Below the pieces are notes generated by a model. That model did not search any database. It was not told the DNA's origin and was given only the letters and a program-made list of their open reading frames with translations. Both the position numbers and the translations under genes were made by a program. Shown here piece after piece: positions 32,005-42,368 of a stretch of 64,000 nt of DNA. Positions within the stretch are counted from its first letter, which is position 1, and each line of letters starts with the position of its first letter. This DNA is from an uncultured Arcobacteraceae bacterium (GTDB lineage Bacteria; Campylobacterota; Campylobacteria; Campylobacterales; Arcobacteraceae), in assembly GCA_964022095.1 (NCBI GenBank), contig CAXHZO010000003.1:64001-128000 (forward strand), given 5' to 3'.

Positions 32005-32673
32005 ATGACAAAACTAGTTAAAAATCGAATTTTAAAACAATTACACTACATGAAATCTATAGGATATAATTATCATGAAACCTTAGATCTATTCACTTCT
32101 GATATTAAAAATTTCACATTACCAAATTCTATTGATGAATTGCGTAATATTTGTGAGCATTGTCATTTGTGTGAACTTTCTAAAAGTAGAAAAAATGTCT
32201 TGTTTGGATATGGAAACAGATATTCTGATATTATGTTCATATCTGATGAACCAACTAATAGTGAAGATGAATTAGGTGAGTTTTACAGTGGAAAAGCGGG
32301 TGAGCTTTTAAAAAATATGATTGAAAATGTTTTAAAAGTTCAAAAAGAAGATGTATATTTAACAAGTTTAGTAAAATGTAAAAGTTCAACAGGTATAAAT
32401 ACTTCTAGTGTTGATACTTGTAATGACTATTTATTAAAACAAATTGAGTTAATAAAACCAAAACTTATAGTTGTTTTAGGTGATAAAGCGTATTCACATC
32501 TACTTAAAAATAGTAATGATTTTTCTCAAGTTAGAGGTAAAGAATTACTTTTTAATAATACAAAATTAATAACTACATTTTCTGCATCATTTTTATTAAG
32601 AAATCCTTCTTCAAAAAAAGATGCATATTATGATATGTTAAAAATTAAAAACATTATGGAGAATTTAGTTTGA
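32005..32673 (+). CDS. Family-4 uracil-DNA glycosylase-like protein with degenerate catalytic motifs
   Basis: CEHCHLC, KC and C ligands for Fe-S; GKAGELL; QIELIKPKLIVVLG; start taken at MTKLVK. Confidence 0.75.
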   Translation: MTKLVKNRILKQLHYMKSIGYNYHETLDLFTSDIKNFTLPNSIDELRNICEHCHLCELSKSRKNVLFGYGNRYSDIMFISDEPTNSEDELGEFYSGKAGELLKNMIENVLKVQKEDVYLTSLVKCKSSTGINTSSVDTCNDYLLKQIELIKPKLIVVLGDKAYSHLLKNSNDFSQVRGKELLFNNTKLITTFSASFLLRNPSSKKDAYYDMLKIKNIMENLV

Positions 32674-33785
32674 GATATTTATTAAGTTTTATAATTGCTG
32701 TATTTATATTTACAGGTTGTTCTCAAAAAGAACAAGTTATTGATATGAAAATTCCTAATGAAAATTTAGGTACACCTATTGAAAAACCAGAATCAAAAGT
32801 TACTGAAATTATTGAAGGTCTTGAAGAGCTTGAAATTGAAGAAGAAGTTGTTCCTTTTTTAGATTCACAAGAGAAGGTAAAGGTAGCTTTTATTTACCCT
32901 TCTAAATATGTTGCAAAATATGCAAAACGTGCTATGGCAACAATTTTAGGGTACTTGTCTTTTAAAGATGTAGATTATGATTTAAAAGTTTTAGATACTA
33001 AAGATGAATCAATAATAAATATTCAAAGTGCATTTGAGACTTTAAAGCAGCAAGAATACAATAATGTAATTGCACTTTTTACACCAAGAGTTAATGCGCA
33101 ACTACAACAGTTAGATTTAAATGATATGAGAGTGTATTTGCCATTAGTTGAAAAAAATGATTTAATTGATACTAAGAGCAATTTTATATATGGTTCTATT
33201 TCATATGATGAACAAATCAAAAAACTTATTGAGTTCTCTCCTAGTGTAAAAAATACAATGTTTTATCAAGACTCTTTTTTAGGGAAAAGACTAAAAACAA
33301 AGTTTGAGTCTTTGGGTGTGAGTATTTCTGTTGAAAAAATGATTAAGAAAAAAAGGAACTATTTTAGAGGTTTAGTTAAAGATTATAGATTAAACAACTC
33401 TACAGTATTCTTAAATACAGATATTGTAAAAACTTCACTTATTCTGTCTCAAATGACTGCATATAGGGTTAATCCTAATTTAGTAATGTCAACACAGAAC
33501 AACTATGACCCAAAATTAATTTCATTAACACAAGCTAAAGATAGAGAAAAATTTGTTGTTGCAAACTCTATTGATGATATTGATGAAAAATTAGAAGATA
33601 GTATTGAAACATTTGGTGCAAATGTAAAGTATGAATGGGTTGATTATTCAGTATTAGTTGGTATAAATTATCTATTTGATTCAAACAATAGTGGATTGAT
33701 TCTTACTAAAGTTGAAGATAATAAAGTAGTATATGAACCAAGACTATTTAAAAGTACTGCATTTGGTTTTATTGAAATTAAGTAA
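32670..33785 (+). CDS. Lipoprotein, possibly periplasmic-binding-protein type I fold
   Basis: Lipobox FTGC; KVAFIYP...VLDT pattern. Confidence 0.65.
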   Translation: MRYLLSFIIAVFIFTGCSQKEQVIDMKIPNENLGTPIEKPESKVTEIIEGLEELEIEEEVVPFLDSQEKVKVAFIYPSKYVAKYAKRAMATILGYLSFKDVDYDLKVLDTKDESIINIQSAFETLKQQEYNNVIALFTPRVNAQLQQLDLNDMRVYLPLVEKNDLIDTKSNFIYGSISYDEQIKKLIEFSPSVKNTMFYQDSFLGKRLKTKFESLGVSISVEKMIKKKRNYFRGLVKDYRLNNSTVFLNTDIVKTSLILSQMTAYRVNPNLVMSTQNNYDPKLISLTQAKDREKFVVANSIDDIDEKLEDSIETFGANVKYEWVDYSVLVGINYLFDSNNSGLILTKVEDNKVVYEPRLFKSTAFGFIEIK

Positions 33786-33829
33786 GATTTAGATAAAATC
33801 GCGAATATTTATGTAAACGGAGTTAAGAA

Positions 33830-35584
33830 TTGAGAACACATTATTGTACTGACGTAACTGAAAAAAACATTGGTGAGACTGTAACTGTTGCTGGTTGGGT
33901 AAACAGTAGAAGAGATCACGGTGGAATTATATTTATTGACTTAAGAGACAAAGGTGGTTTAGTTCAGCTAGTAGCTGATCCACAAGATAGTCAAGAAGCA
34001 TTAAACATTGCAGAGACTGTAAGAGACGAGTTTGTTTTAGTAGCAACTGGTAAAGTAAGAGCTAGAGGTGAAGGTTTAGAAAACCCTAATTTAGTAACTG
34101 GGAAAATTGAAATTATTTTAGATGAATTAGTAATTGAAAATAAATCTAAGCCTATGCCATTTGATTTAAATGATGAAAAAGTTAATGATGAAATTAAATT
34201 AAGAAATAGATTCTTAGAATTAAGATCAAGAAAATCTTATGAAATTTTTCAATTAAGATCTAAAGCAGCTATCCAAGTTAGAAATACTTTAGATGAATTA
34301 GGTTTCTTAGATGTTGAAACTCCAATATTAACTAAATCAACTCCAGAAGGTGCTAGAGATTATCTTGTACCATCAAGAGTACACCCAGGTGAATTTTACG
34401 CATTACCTCAATCACCTCAATTATTTAAACAATTATTAATGGTATCAGGATTTGATAAATATTTTCAAATAGCAAAATGTTTTAGAGATGAAGATTTAAG
34501 AGCTGATAGACAACCTGAATTTACTCAAATAGATGTTGAAATGAGTTTTTGTGATCAAGAAGATGTAATTAAAGTTGCAGAAAAATTAATTTACGATGTA
34601 TTTAAAAAATGTGGTAAAGATGTTCCTGAAACATTCCCTAGAATGAGATATTGGGATGCAATGGAAACTTATGGTAGTGATAAACCAGATACTAGATTTG
34701 AAATGCCATTAGTTGATGTAATTGATATTTTTGCTAACTCAACAAATGAAATTTTTGCTGATATTGCAAAAGATAAGAAAAACAATAGAATCAAAGCACT
34801 TAAATGTCCAAATGGAGATAATATTTTCTCAAAAAGACAAATGAAAGGTTTTGAAGATTACGTTAGAAAATTTGGAGCTAAAGGTTTAGGTTACTTCCAA
34901 ATGAAAGAAGATGGTCTTAAGGGTCCATTAACAAAATTCTTCAGTGAATCAGATTTAGAAGAGATTGTCAAAGCTACAGAACTTGAAGTAGGTGATGTTG
35001 TATTCTTTGGTGCTGGTGAGAAGAAAACTGTATGGGATTACATGGGAAGATTTAGACTTTATTTAGCTGAAACTATGGATATTATTCCTGCTGATACTTT
35101 TGAGTTTTTATGGGTAGTTGACTTCCCAATGTTTGAAACTGAAGATGGTAAAACAAAAGCACTTCACCATCCATTTACAATGCCTAAGTCATTAGAAGAT
35201 ACAAGTGATTTAGAAGCTATTGAATCAATCGCTTATGATATTGTATTAAATGGAACTGAGCTAGGTGGTGGATCAATTAGAATTCATAAAGAAGAGATTC
35301 AAGCAAAAGTATTTGAACTTATGGGAATATCTGATGAAGAAGCTAGAGAAAAGTTCGGATTCTTATTAGATGCACTTCAATATGGTGCTCCAAGTCATGG
35401 TGGATTTGCTATGGGACTTGATAGAATGATTATGTTACTTGCAGGAACTGATTCTATTAGAGATGTAATTGCTTTCCCTAAAACTCAAAAAGCACAATGT
35501 TTATTAACTCAAGCACCATCAGAGATTGATGCTGAACAATTAAAAGAGTTAAGTCTAAGAGTTAGAAAACCTATTACTGAGTAG
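33830..35584 (+). CDS. aspS: Aspartate--tRNA ligase
   Basis: [50 protein letters not shown] start. Confidence 0.98.
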   Translation: MRTHYCTDVTEKNIGETVTVAGWVNSRRDHGGIIFIDLRDKGGLVQLVADPQDSQEALNIAETVRDEFVLVATGKVRARGEGLENPNLVTGKIEIILDELVIENKSKPMPFDLNDEKVNDEIKLRNRFLELRSRKSYEIFQLRSKAAIQVRNTLDELGFLDVETPILTKSTPEGARDYLVPSRVHPGEFYALPQSPQLFKQLLMVSGFDKYFQIAKCFRDEDLRADRQPEFTQIDVEMSFCDQEDVIKVAEKLIYDVFKKCGKDVPETFPRMRYWDAMETYGSDKPDTRFEMPLVDVIDIFANSTNEIFADIAKDKKNNRIKALKCPNGDNIFSKRQMKGFEDYVRKFGAKGLGYFQMKEDGLKGPLTKFFSESDLEEIVKATELEVGDVVFFGAGEKKTVWDYMGRFRLYLAETMDIIPADTFEFLWVVDFPMFETEDGKTKALHHPFTMPKSLEDTSDLEAIESIAYDIVLNGTELGGGSIRIHKEEIQAKVFELMGISDEEAREKFGFLLDALQYGAPSHGGFAMGLDRMIMLLAGTDSIRDVIAFPKTQKAQCLLTQAPSEIDAEQLKELSLRVRKPITE

Positions 35585-35609
35585 TAGAAAATTTTTATAG
35601 GTAGGTAGT

Positions 35610-36389
35610 ATGAAAAAGATAGCTTTATTTTTACTCCTGCCTATTATATTACTTGCTAAATTTCAAGTAACTACATATTTCCCTTTAGAAACCTACATAG
35701 CTAAGTATATTGGCAAAAAACAAATTAGAGTAAAACAAATAAATAATAGATATTTAGCTGAAAAAAGAGAGATATCTGAATTTGAACTATCTAAACTAGC
35801 TGATGTAAAAACTTATATATATTTAGGGTTAGATCCTGAAAAACATTATATTGAAATTTTTAAAAAATATAATCCTTATATTAGAATTTTAGATTTATCA
35901 AAAAATGTAAAACTTATGAATGACAATCCTTACTATTGGATGGATCCTTTTAACTTAAGAGTTGTAGCAAAAAATATTTATGAAGAATTTTGTTCTATTG
36001 ATAGGTATAATTGTCATTTTTATAAAAAGAATTATGATTTATTTCTAGGTGAAATTGATAAAACATTCTTGATCATAAAGAATAAATTGCTAAATTCAGA
36101 AGTTCAAAACTTATATGTAATGGGTAATTATTGGGACTATTTTGCAAAAAGATTTAGACTAAGATTACATGATAGAAAGAAAGATCATATAAAAGCAGAT
36201 GAACTAAATAATTTTTTAAAAGAGACTCAAGAAAAAAATATTTTAAAACTCATTTATTTAATGGGTGATTCATATGAATTGGCAAGTGCAATTTCTAATA
36301 GTGTAGGAATAGGCCTTATTGAGCATGATCCTTTTGAAGAAAAAATATTTTTTAATCTTAAACTACTTTCTCAGGAAATATCTAAATAA
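35610..36389 (+). CDS. ZnuA/TroA-like solute-binding protein (orphan)
   Basis: Signal peptide; VTTYFPL, NPYYWMDP, YKKNY, YFAKRF match the cluster A-I layout. Confidence 0.65.
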   Translation: MKKIALFLLLPIILLAKFQVTTYFPLETYIAKYIGKKQIRVKQINNRYLAEKREISEFELSKLADVKTYIYLGLDPEKHYIEIFKKYNPYIRILDLSKNVKLMNDNPYYWMDPFNLRVVAKNIYEEFCSIDRYNCHFYKKNYDLFLGEIDKTFLIIKNKLLNSEVQNLYVMGNYWDYFAKRFRLRLHDRKKDHIKADELNNFLKETQEKNILKLIYLMGDSYELASAISNSVGIGLIEHDPFEEKIFFNLKLLSQEISK

Positions 36390-36493
36390 ATTATAAAATC
36401 TAATTGTTTATAAAGTAAACAGCTGTATATCTAAAAAATAACTCAAAAGTGATAATATTACTCTATATAAAATAAACACTTATAGAGGTTATT

Positions 36494-39067
36494 ATGACTA
36501 TGAATTATAAAGGTATAAATATCAAATCAGTTTTATACCCAATGATAAAATATATTGAAGATGTAGATAAATACAGAGAAGAGTTAGGAAGACTTAGCTC
36601 ATCTTGGGATATTTTAGCACTTTTAGGGCAGCTTGGTGATATCAATATTGATATTGGAAAAACAAAAGAAAACTTTTTAAACCTAACTTCTACACTATTA
36701 AATCACTTGAGTGAACAACAAGTAAATAAAGTAAAAAGTGAAATGACTTTTAAATCACAAGTTGCAATTGATATTGTAATTAGAAACTTATTTGAAAGAA
36801 CAGCTGATATTGGATTTTTAGCAACAGATGATGATATTAGAGATTTTGTAAGAAATTACAAGTCTAAGTATGATGATGAATCAAAAGAGTTAAAAAAAGT
36901 AATAATAGAAAGATTTAAAGAGTATGTAGCTAAATATTCTGTTTATTTTGATATTGTTTTATCAGACACAAAAGGAAATATTTTAGCAAGACTAAATGAG
37001 TCCTCAACAGTTGAAAAAATTGATAATAACTACATAGAAAAAGTTTTAAATACAAATGATGAGTATGTTGAAACATACAAGTATCATAATTTTTTACCAG
37101 AATATAAAAAGTCATTAGTTTATTCATATAAAGTAAGCCAATCAAATAATTCCAATTCTGAAAATATAGCTGTTTTATCTTTGTGTTTTAGATTCACTGA
37201 TGAAATGAAAGGCATATTTGAAAATCTTGTTGATACATCCAATAAAGAGTGTCTTACTATCTTAGATGAAAAAGGTTTTGTAATTGCATCAAGTGATAAA
37301 TATCATATTCCTCTTGGTGTTGAGCTGCAAATCATTGAGAATGAAGATTATAAAATTGTATCTTTTGCAGGAAGAGATTATATTGCTAAAAGTTGTAAAA
37401 CAAATGGATATCAAGGTTTTCATGGACTAAATTGGTATGGACATGTAATGATTCCTTTGGAGTATGCTTTTTTAAGTGATATGTCTTCTGAAACTATTGA
37501 TAATGAAGATATTTTACAAGCTATGATGAATAATAAAATACACTTTCCAAAAGAGCTAAAAGATGTATTTCAAAAAAGTAAATCTATACAAGATAATCTT
37601 CAAAGAGTTATTTGGAATGGTAATATTGTTCAAAGTAAGTTAAACTCAACTAATAAAGAGTTCTCTAAATCTTTATTATCAGAAATTGGAGTAACAGGAA
37701 CTAAAGCAAACTCTTCTTTAGAAAATTTAAATCAAACAATTATTAGTTCAATTTTAAATGAAAGTGAATTTTTATCTTCATTGGCAATTGATATTATGGA
37801 TAGAAATCTTTATGAAAGAGCAAATGATTGTAGATGGTGGGCATTAACTTCATATTTTAGAGAAACTTTTGATGATACTAATAGTTTAATAAGTAAAAAA
37901 AATGAAATCACATCAATTTTAAAATATATCAATGACTTATATACAGTATATACAAACCTTTTAATTTTTGATAAAAATGGAAAAGTAATTGCTGTTTCAA
38001 ATGACAGCCAAGAGTATTTAGTTGGCAAGATTCTAAATGATGAGTGGGTAGATAGAACTTTAACTTTAAATGATACTTCAAAGTATTGTGTATCAAATTT
38101 TGAAAAAACTACACTTTACAATAATGAGTCAACTTATATTTATTGTGCAGGTATTAGATCACTTAAAAATCAAAATTTAATAAATGGTGGAATAGCAATT
38201 GTTTTTGATTCTACTCCTCAATTTAGTTCAATGTTAGAAGATACACTTCCAAAAAATGAGCTATTAGAAAGAAATGATGTATTTGCAATTTTTGCAAATA
38301 GAAATAAAAAGATAATATCTTCTACTAATGATAAACTTCTTATAGATGCAACTTTAAATTTAGATGATGAATTTTTTGAAATAAAAAATGGTGAAAATAG
38401 AAGTAAAATAGTAGAACTTGGAAATAGTTATTATGCAGTTGGTGTTAAGTGCTCTTCAGGCTATAGAGAATTTAAAAGTAGTATTGATGATTATAGAAAT
38501 GATGTGCTTTCTATTGTTTTTATAAAAATAGGAAATAAGCAAGAAAAAATTACTCTTACAAGAGACGATAATCCATTTATACAAAATTTAAAAAAGAAAA
38601 AAAGTGATACTAATATCGAATTAGCAACATTTTATATTGGAAATAAATTCTTAGCAGTTAAAGCTGAAAATGTAGTTGAATCAATTGGTATTGATGAGTT
38701 AAAAGAATCAATTGATATGGATAAGAACAATCACTTCAAAGGAATGGTGTTACATAATGATAAACTAGTTGCTATTTTAGATATTAGAGATTTTATAAAT
38801 GAAGAGATTACAAATGAAGATTTAACAAATATAATACTTATGCAGTATGATAAAGATAATATTGAACACTGTGTTGGAATATTAGTTTCGTCATTGGAAA
38901 ATATATCATTGGTTGAAAAAAAATCTATTCAAAATATACAACAACACTTTTTAGGAGCAGGGACATTAGTAGAGAGTTTAGTTGATATTGATGATTATGA
39001 AAAGTCAAAACCTGCAATGCTTTTAAATATCAAAAAGATTGATGATAATTTAACTCAAAAGGTTTAA
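36494..39067 (+). CDS. Cytoplasmic protein with duplicated Cache-like sensor modules and C-terminal CheW domain
   Basis: Internal repeat RNLFERTADIGFLA / RNLYERANDCRWWA; C-terminal ELATFYIG...VVE...KGMV...LVAILDIR CheW pattern; no TM helix. Confidence 0.75.
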   Translation: MTMNYKGINIKSVLYPMIKYIEDVDKYREELGRLSSSWDILALLGQLGDINIDIGKTKENFLNLTSTLLNHLSEQQVNKVKSEMTFKSQVAIDIVIRNLFERTADIGFLATDDDIRDFVRNYKSKYDDESKELKKVIIERFKEYVAKYSVYFDIVLSDTKGNILARLNESSTVEKIDNNYIEKVLNTNDEYVETYKYHNFLPEYKKSLVYSYKVSQSNNSNSENIAVLSLCFRFTDEMKGIFENLVDTSNKECLTILDEKGFVIASSDKYHIPLGVELQIIENEDYKIVSFAGRDYIAKSCKTNGYQGFHGLNWYGHVMIPLEYAFLSDMSSETIDNEDILQAMMNNKIHFPKELKDVFQKSKSIQDNLQRVIWNGNIVQSKLNSTNKEFSKSLLSEIGVTGTKANSSLENLNQTIISSILNESEFLSSLAIDIMDRNLYERANDCRWWALTSYFRETFDDTNSLISKKNEITSILKYINDLYTVYTNLLIFDKNGKVIAVSNDSQEYLVGKILNDEWVDRTLTLNDTSKYCVSNFEKTTLYNNESTYIYCAGIRSLKNQNLINGGIAIVFDSTPQFSSMLEDTLPKNELLERNDVFAIFANRNKKIISSTNDKLLIDATLNLDDEFFEIKNGENRSKIVELGNSYYAVGVKCSSGYREFKSSIDDYRNDVLSIVFIKIGNKQEKITLTRDDNPFIQNLKKKKSDTNIELATFYIGNKFLAVKAENVVESIGIDELKESIDMDKNNHFKGMVLHNDKLVAILDIRDFINEEITNEDLTNIILMQYDKDNIEHCVGILVSSLENISLVEKKSIQNIQQHFLGAGTLVESLVDIDDYEKSKPAMLLNIKKIDDNLTQKV

Positions 39068-39158
39068 TAAATTTATTTATAGTAGTGTTAACATATATTT
39101 GGGCAAAATACGAAAAAGTATTATAGATTTTATAAATTATTAAAAAGAAGAAAATATT

Positions 39159-40931
39159 ATGAGTAATGTAAATAAACCAAATAGATTTTTACCTACTACT
39201 AGAAAAGAGATGGAAGAGCGTGGTTGGCACGAACTTGATGTTATTTTAATAACAGGTGATGCATATATTGATTCACCTTTTATGGGAATAGCAGTTGTAG
39301 GAAGAATATTAGAAGACATGGGTCTTAGGGTTGGAATAATTGGCCAACCTGATGTTGATAGTGATGTTGATGTAAAAAGATTAGGTGAGCCTAAACTATT
39401 TTGGGGAGTTAGTGGTGGAAGTATTGATTCTATGGTTTCAAACTACACTGCAACTAAAAAGTTTAGAAACTCTGATGATTATACTCCAGGTGGAAAAAAT
39501 ACTAAAAGACCAGATAGAGCTACTTTAGTATATACAAACTTAATTAGAAGATATTATAAAGATACAGTTCCTATTGTATTAGGTGGTATTGAAGCTAGTT
39601 TAAGAAGACTTACTCACTATGACTACTGGACAAATAAATTAAGAAAACCAATTTTATTTGATTCAAAAGCTGATTATATGGTTTATGGTATGGGTGAACA
39701 AGCTATTATCGATCTTGGTAATTATCTAAAAGAGGGTAAAGATCCAAGGGAGATTAGAGGACTTTGTTATATCTCAAAAGAAGCACCTCAGGGTGAAGAT
39801 TTTAAAGAGATACCATCTCACCAAGAGTGTTTAGATGATAAAGAAAAATATATAGATCTTTTCAAAGAATTTTATGATAATAATGATCCAATGTACTCAA
39901 AAGGTCTTTATCAAAAAATTGATAGTAGATATTTAGTTCAAAATCCACCAAGTCGTCATATGGAAGAAGAAGAGATGGATAATATCGCTTCATATCCATA
40001 TCAAAGAGATGCACATCCAATTCATGCAAAAGAGGGTAAGGTTAAGTGTTTAGAGACTATTAAATTCTCTATTATGACTCACCATGGATGTTGGGGAGAG
40101 TGTAACTTCTGTGCAATTGCAGCCCACCAAGGAAGAACAATTAGAACAAGAAGTGAAGATAATATCTTAAAAGAAGCAAAACACTTTACGACTATGAAAG
40201 ATTTTAAAGGAATTATTTCAGATGTTGGAGGTCCAACTGCTAATATGTATGGATATGAGTGTAAAAAGAAAATGAATCTTGGAACTTGTGTTGACAATAA
40301 AAGATGTGTTGATGCTCATAGACTTTGTAGAACAATGAAAGTTGACCATAGTAGAAACATACAACTTTTAAAAGATATTAGAGCAGTACCTGGTATTAAA
40401 AAAGCTTTTGTAGCATCAGGTGTACGGTATGATTTAATTACTGCTGATAAAAAACATGGGAAGCAGTACTTAAAAGAGATGGTTGATCATCATATCTCAG
40501 GACAGATGAAAGTAGCTCCAGAGCATACAAATGATGAGGTATTACATCACATGGGTAAACCAGGTAAGCAAACTCTAATTGATTTTAAAAAAATGTATGA
40601 TGATTTAAATAAAGAATCTGGCAAAAAACAGTTTTTAACATACTATTTAATTGCTGCACATCCAGGATGTGAAGATAAGCATATGCATGAGTTAAAACAG
40701 TTTACAACTCATGAATTAAAAATGAACCCAGAACAAGCACAAGTATTTACTCCAACTCCAGGAACTTACTCTGCTGTTATGTACTATACTGAAATGGATC
40801 CATTTACAAAGAAAAAAATCTTCGTAGAAAAAGACCAAAGAAGAAAAGAAAAACAAAAAGAGATTGTAATTGAGAAAAAAAGATTTGGTGGAAAAAATAA
40901 AAAGAGTTATAGTTCTGGAATGCAGGGTTAA
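39159..40931 (+). CDS. YgiQ (UPF0313) radical SAM protein
   Basis: GDAYIDSP, GGIEASLRR, GCWGECNFC, DVGGPTANMY, KVAPEH. Confidence 0.93.
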   Translation: MSNVNKPNRFLPTTRKEMEERGWHELDVILITGDAYIDSPFMGIAVVGRILEDMGLRVGIIGQPDVDSDVDVKRLGEPKLFWGVSGGSIDSMVSNYTATKKFRNSDDYTPGGKNTKRPDRATLVYTNLIRRYYKDTVPIVLGGIEASLRRLTHYDYWTNKLRKPILFDSKADYMVYGMGEQAIIDLGNYLKEGKDPREIRGLCYISKEAPQGEDFKEIPSHQECLDDKEKYIDLFKEFYDNNDPMYSKGLYQKIDSRYLVQNPPSRHMEEEEMDNIASYPYQRDAHPIHAKEGKVKCLETIKFSIMTHHGCWGECNFCAIAAHQGRTIRTRSEDNILKEAKHFTTMKDFKGIISDVGGPTANMYGYECKKKMNLGTCVDNKRCVDAHRLCRTMKVDHSRNIQLLKDIRAVPGIKKAFVASGVRYDLITADKKHGKQYLKEMVDHHISGQMKVAPEHTNDEVLHHMGKPGKQTLIDFKKMYDDLNKESGKKQFLTYYLIAAHPGCEDKHMHELKQFTTHELKMNPEQAQVFTPTPGTYSAVMYYTEMDPFTKKKIFVEKDQRRKEKQKEIVIEKKRFGGKNKKSYSSGMQG

Positions 40932-40945
40932 ACTTTTTTAGAAGA

Positions 40946-40989
40946 TATAAAAAAAGGGACAACTAATATTTAGTTGCCCCTTTTTTATA
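40946..40989. terminator. Bidirectional intrinsic terminator
   Basis: A-tract, GGGACAACTAA...TTAGTTGCCCC stem, T-tract, between convergent genes. Confidence 0.8.
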
Positions 40990-41003
40990 AGTAAATTTAA
41001 AAT

Positions 41004-41630
41004 TTACGATAATGAGTCAATCATATCTTTTGTAACTTCAGAAACATCTTTCGTTCCATCAAGTTCAACATATACACCCATATTTTTATAAAAATCAATA
41101 AGTGGAGTAGTTTGCTCATGGTATGCTGATAATCTTTTTGTAACAGTTTCTTCTGTATCATCAGCTCTTTGGATTAAATCTTCTTCTTTTTCATCAACTG
41201 GTGGGTTGAATTTAATATGATAAATTTTCCCAGTTTTTTTAGAAGTTCTTCTTCCTGTAATTCTCTCAACTATCATTTCATCTGGAACATTTAAAGATAT
41301 TACTTTATCTAAAGATATTTCCATATTTGCCATTAATTCACTTAAAGCTTCAGCTTGTGCTAACGTTCTTGGAAAACCATCTAAGATGAAACCTTTTTTA
41401 CAATCATCTTGAGCAAGTCTATCTTTGATAATACCAATGATAGTTGAATCAGGAACTAATTTTCCTTCATCCATAAATTTTTTTGCTTCCATACCCATAT
41501 CTGTTTTATCTGCAATTGCAGCTCTTAAGATATCTCCAGTTGAGATTTGTGGAATGTTGTATTTTTCAATTAAAAACTTTGCTTGAGTTCCTTTACCAGC
41601 ACCAGGTGCTCCAAATAGCATTAAATTCAT
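41004..41630 (-). CDS. adk: Adenylate kinase, long LID-containing form
   Basis: GAPGAGKGTQ, ISTGDILR, LDGFPRT, LID segment GRR...YH...QRADD; start at MNLMLF. Confidence 0.93.
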   Translation of the reverse strand: MNLMLFGAPGAGKGTQAKFLIEKYNIPQISTGDILRAAIADKTDMGMEAKKFMDEGKLVPDSTIIGIIKDRLAQDDCKKGFILDGFPRTLAQAEALSELMANMEISLDKVISLNVPDEMIVERITGRRTSKKTGKIYHIKFNPPVDEKEEDLIQRADDTEETVTKRLSAYHEQTTPLIDFYKNMGVYVELDGTKDVSEVTKDMIDSLS

Positions 41631-41778
41631 ATTGCGTTTCCTTAGTTTTTTCGTATTGTATTCAAAAACCATTTAATAATACATAAGTTTAAAACTATAC
41701 AAAAGTTTTTAATATTACATAAAGAATTTAAATGATTTTTGATACAATTGCGGCAAATAAATTCAACTAAGGTCATAA

Positions 41779-42363
41779 ATGAAGAAATTATTTCTAATTA
41801 TTGGAGCACCAGGAAGTGGAAAAACTACAGATGCCCAACTAATTGCCGCAAAACATAAAAATATAACTCATTATTCAACGGGAGATATGTTTAGAGCTGA
41901 GGTTGCAAGTGGTAGTGAACGAGGAGCTGTAATTGATAGTTATATTAGTAAAGGTTTGATTGTACCAATTGATATTGCTATTGAGACTATATTAGGAGCT
42001 ATTAAAAATACTTCTACAAACACAGTTATAATTGACGGTTATCCAAGAAGTAATGAACAAATGACTGAATTAGACAAATACTTATCAAAAGAAAAAGAAG
42101 TTGAATTAGTAAATGTAATTGAAGTTGAAGTTTCTCAAGATACTGCTTTTAAAAGAGTTCTAGGAAGAGCAGCAGATGCTTTAGAAGTTAGAGCTGATGA
42201 TAATGAAGAAGTATTTTTAAATAGAATGAAACTATATACCGAGCCATTAGAGGATATTAAATCATTTTACACACAAAAAGATTTATTAAAAGTAATAAGT
42301 GGAGAAGCTACTATTAAAGAAATAGTAGATGAAATGGATACATTTATTCAATCAAAAATTTAA
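41779..42363 (+). CDS. adk: Adenylate kinase, short form (Campylobacter-like)
   Basis: GAPGSGKTTD, STGDMFR, IDGYPR, short LID RVLGR...RADD. Confidence 0.9.
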   Translation: MKKLFLIIGAPGSGKTTDAQLIAAKHKNITHYSTGDMFRAEVASGSERGAVIDSYISKGLIVPIDIAIETILGAIKNTSTNTVIIDGYPRSNEQMTELDKYLSKEKEVELVNVIEVEVSQDTAFKRVLGRAADALEVRADDNEEVFLNRMKLYTEPLEDIKSFYTQKDLLKVISGEATIKEIVDEMDTFIQSKI

Positions 42364-42368
42364 ATCTA

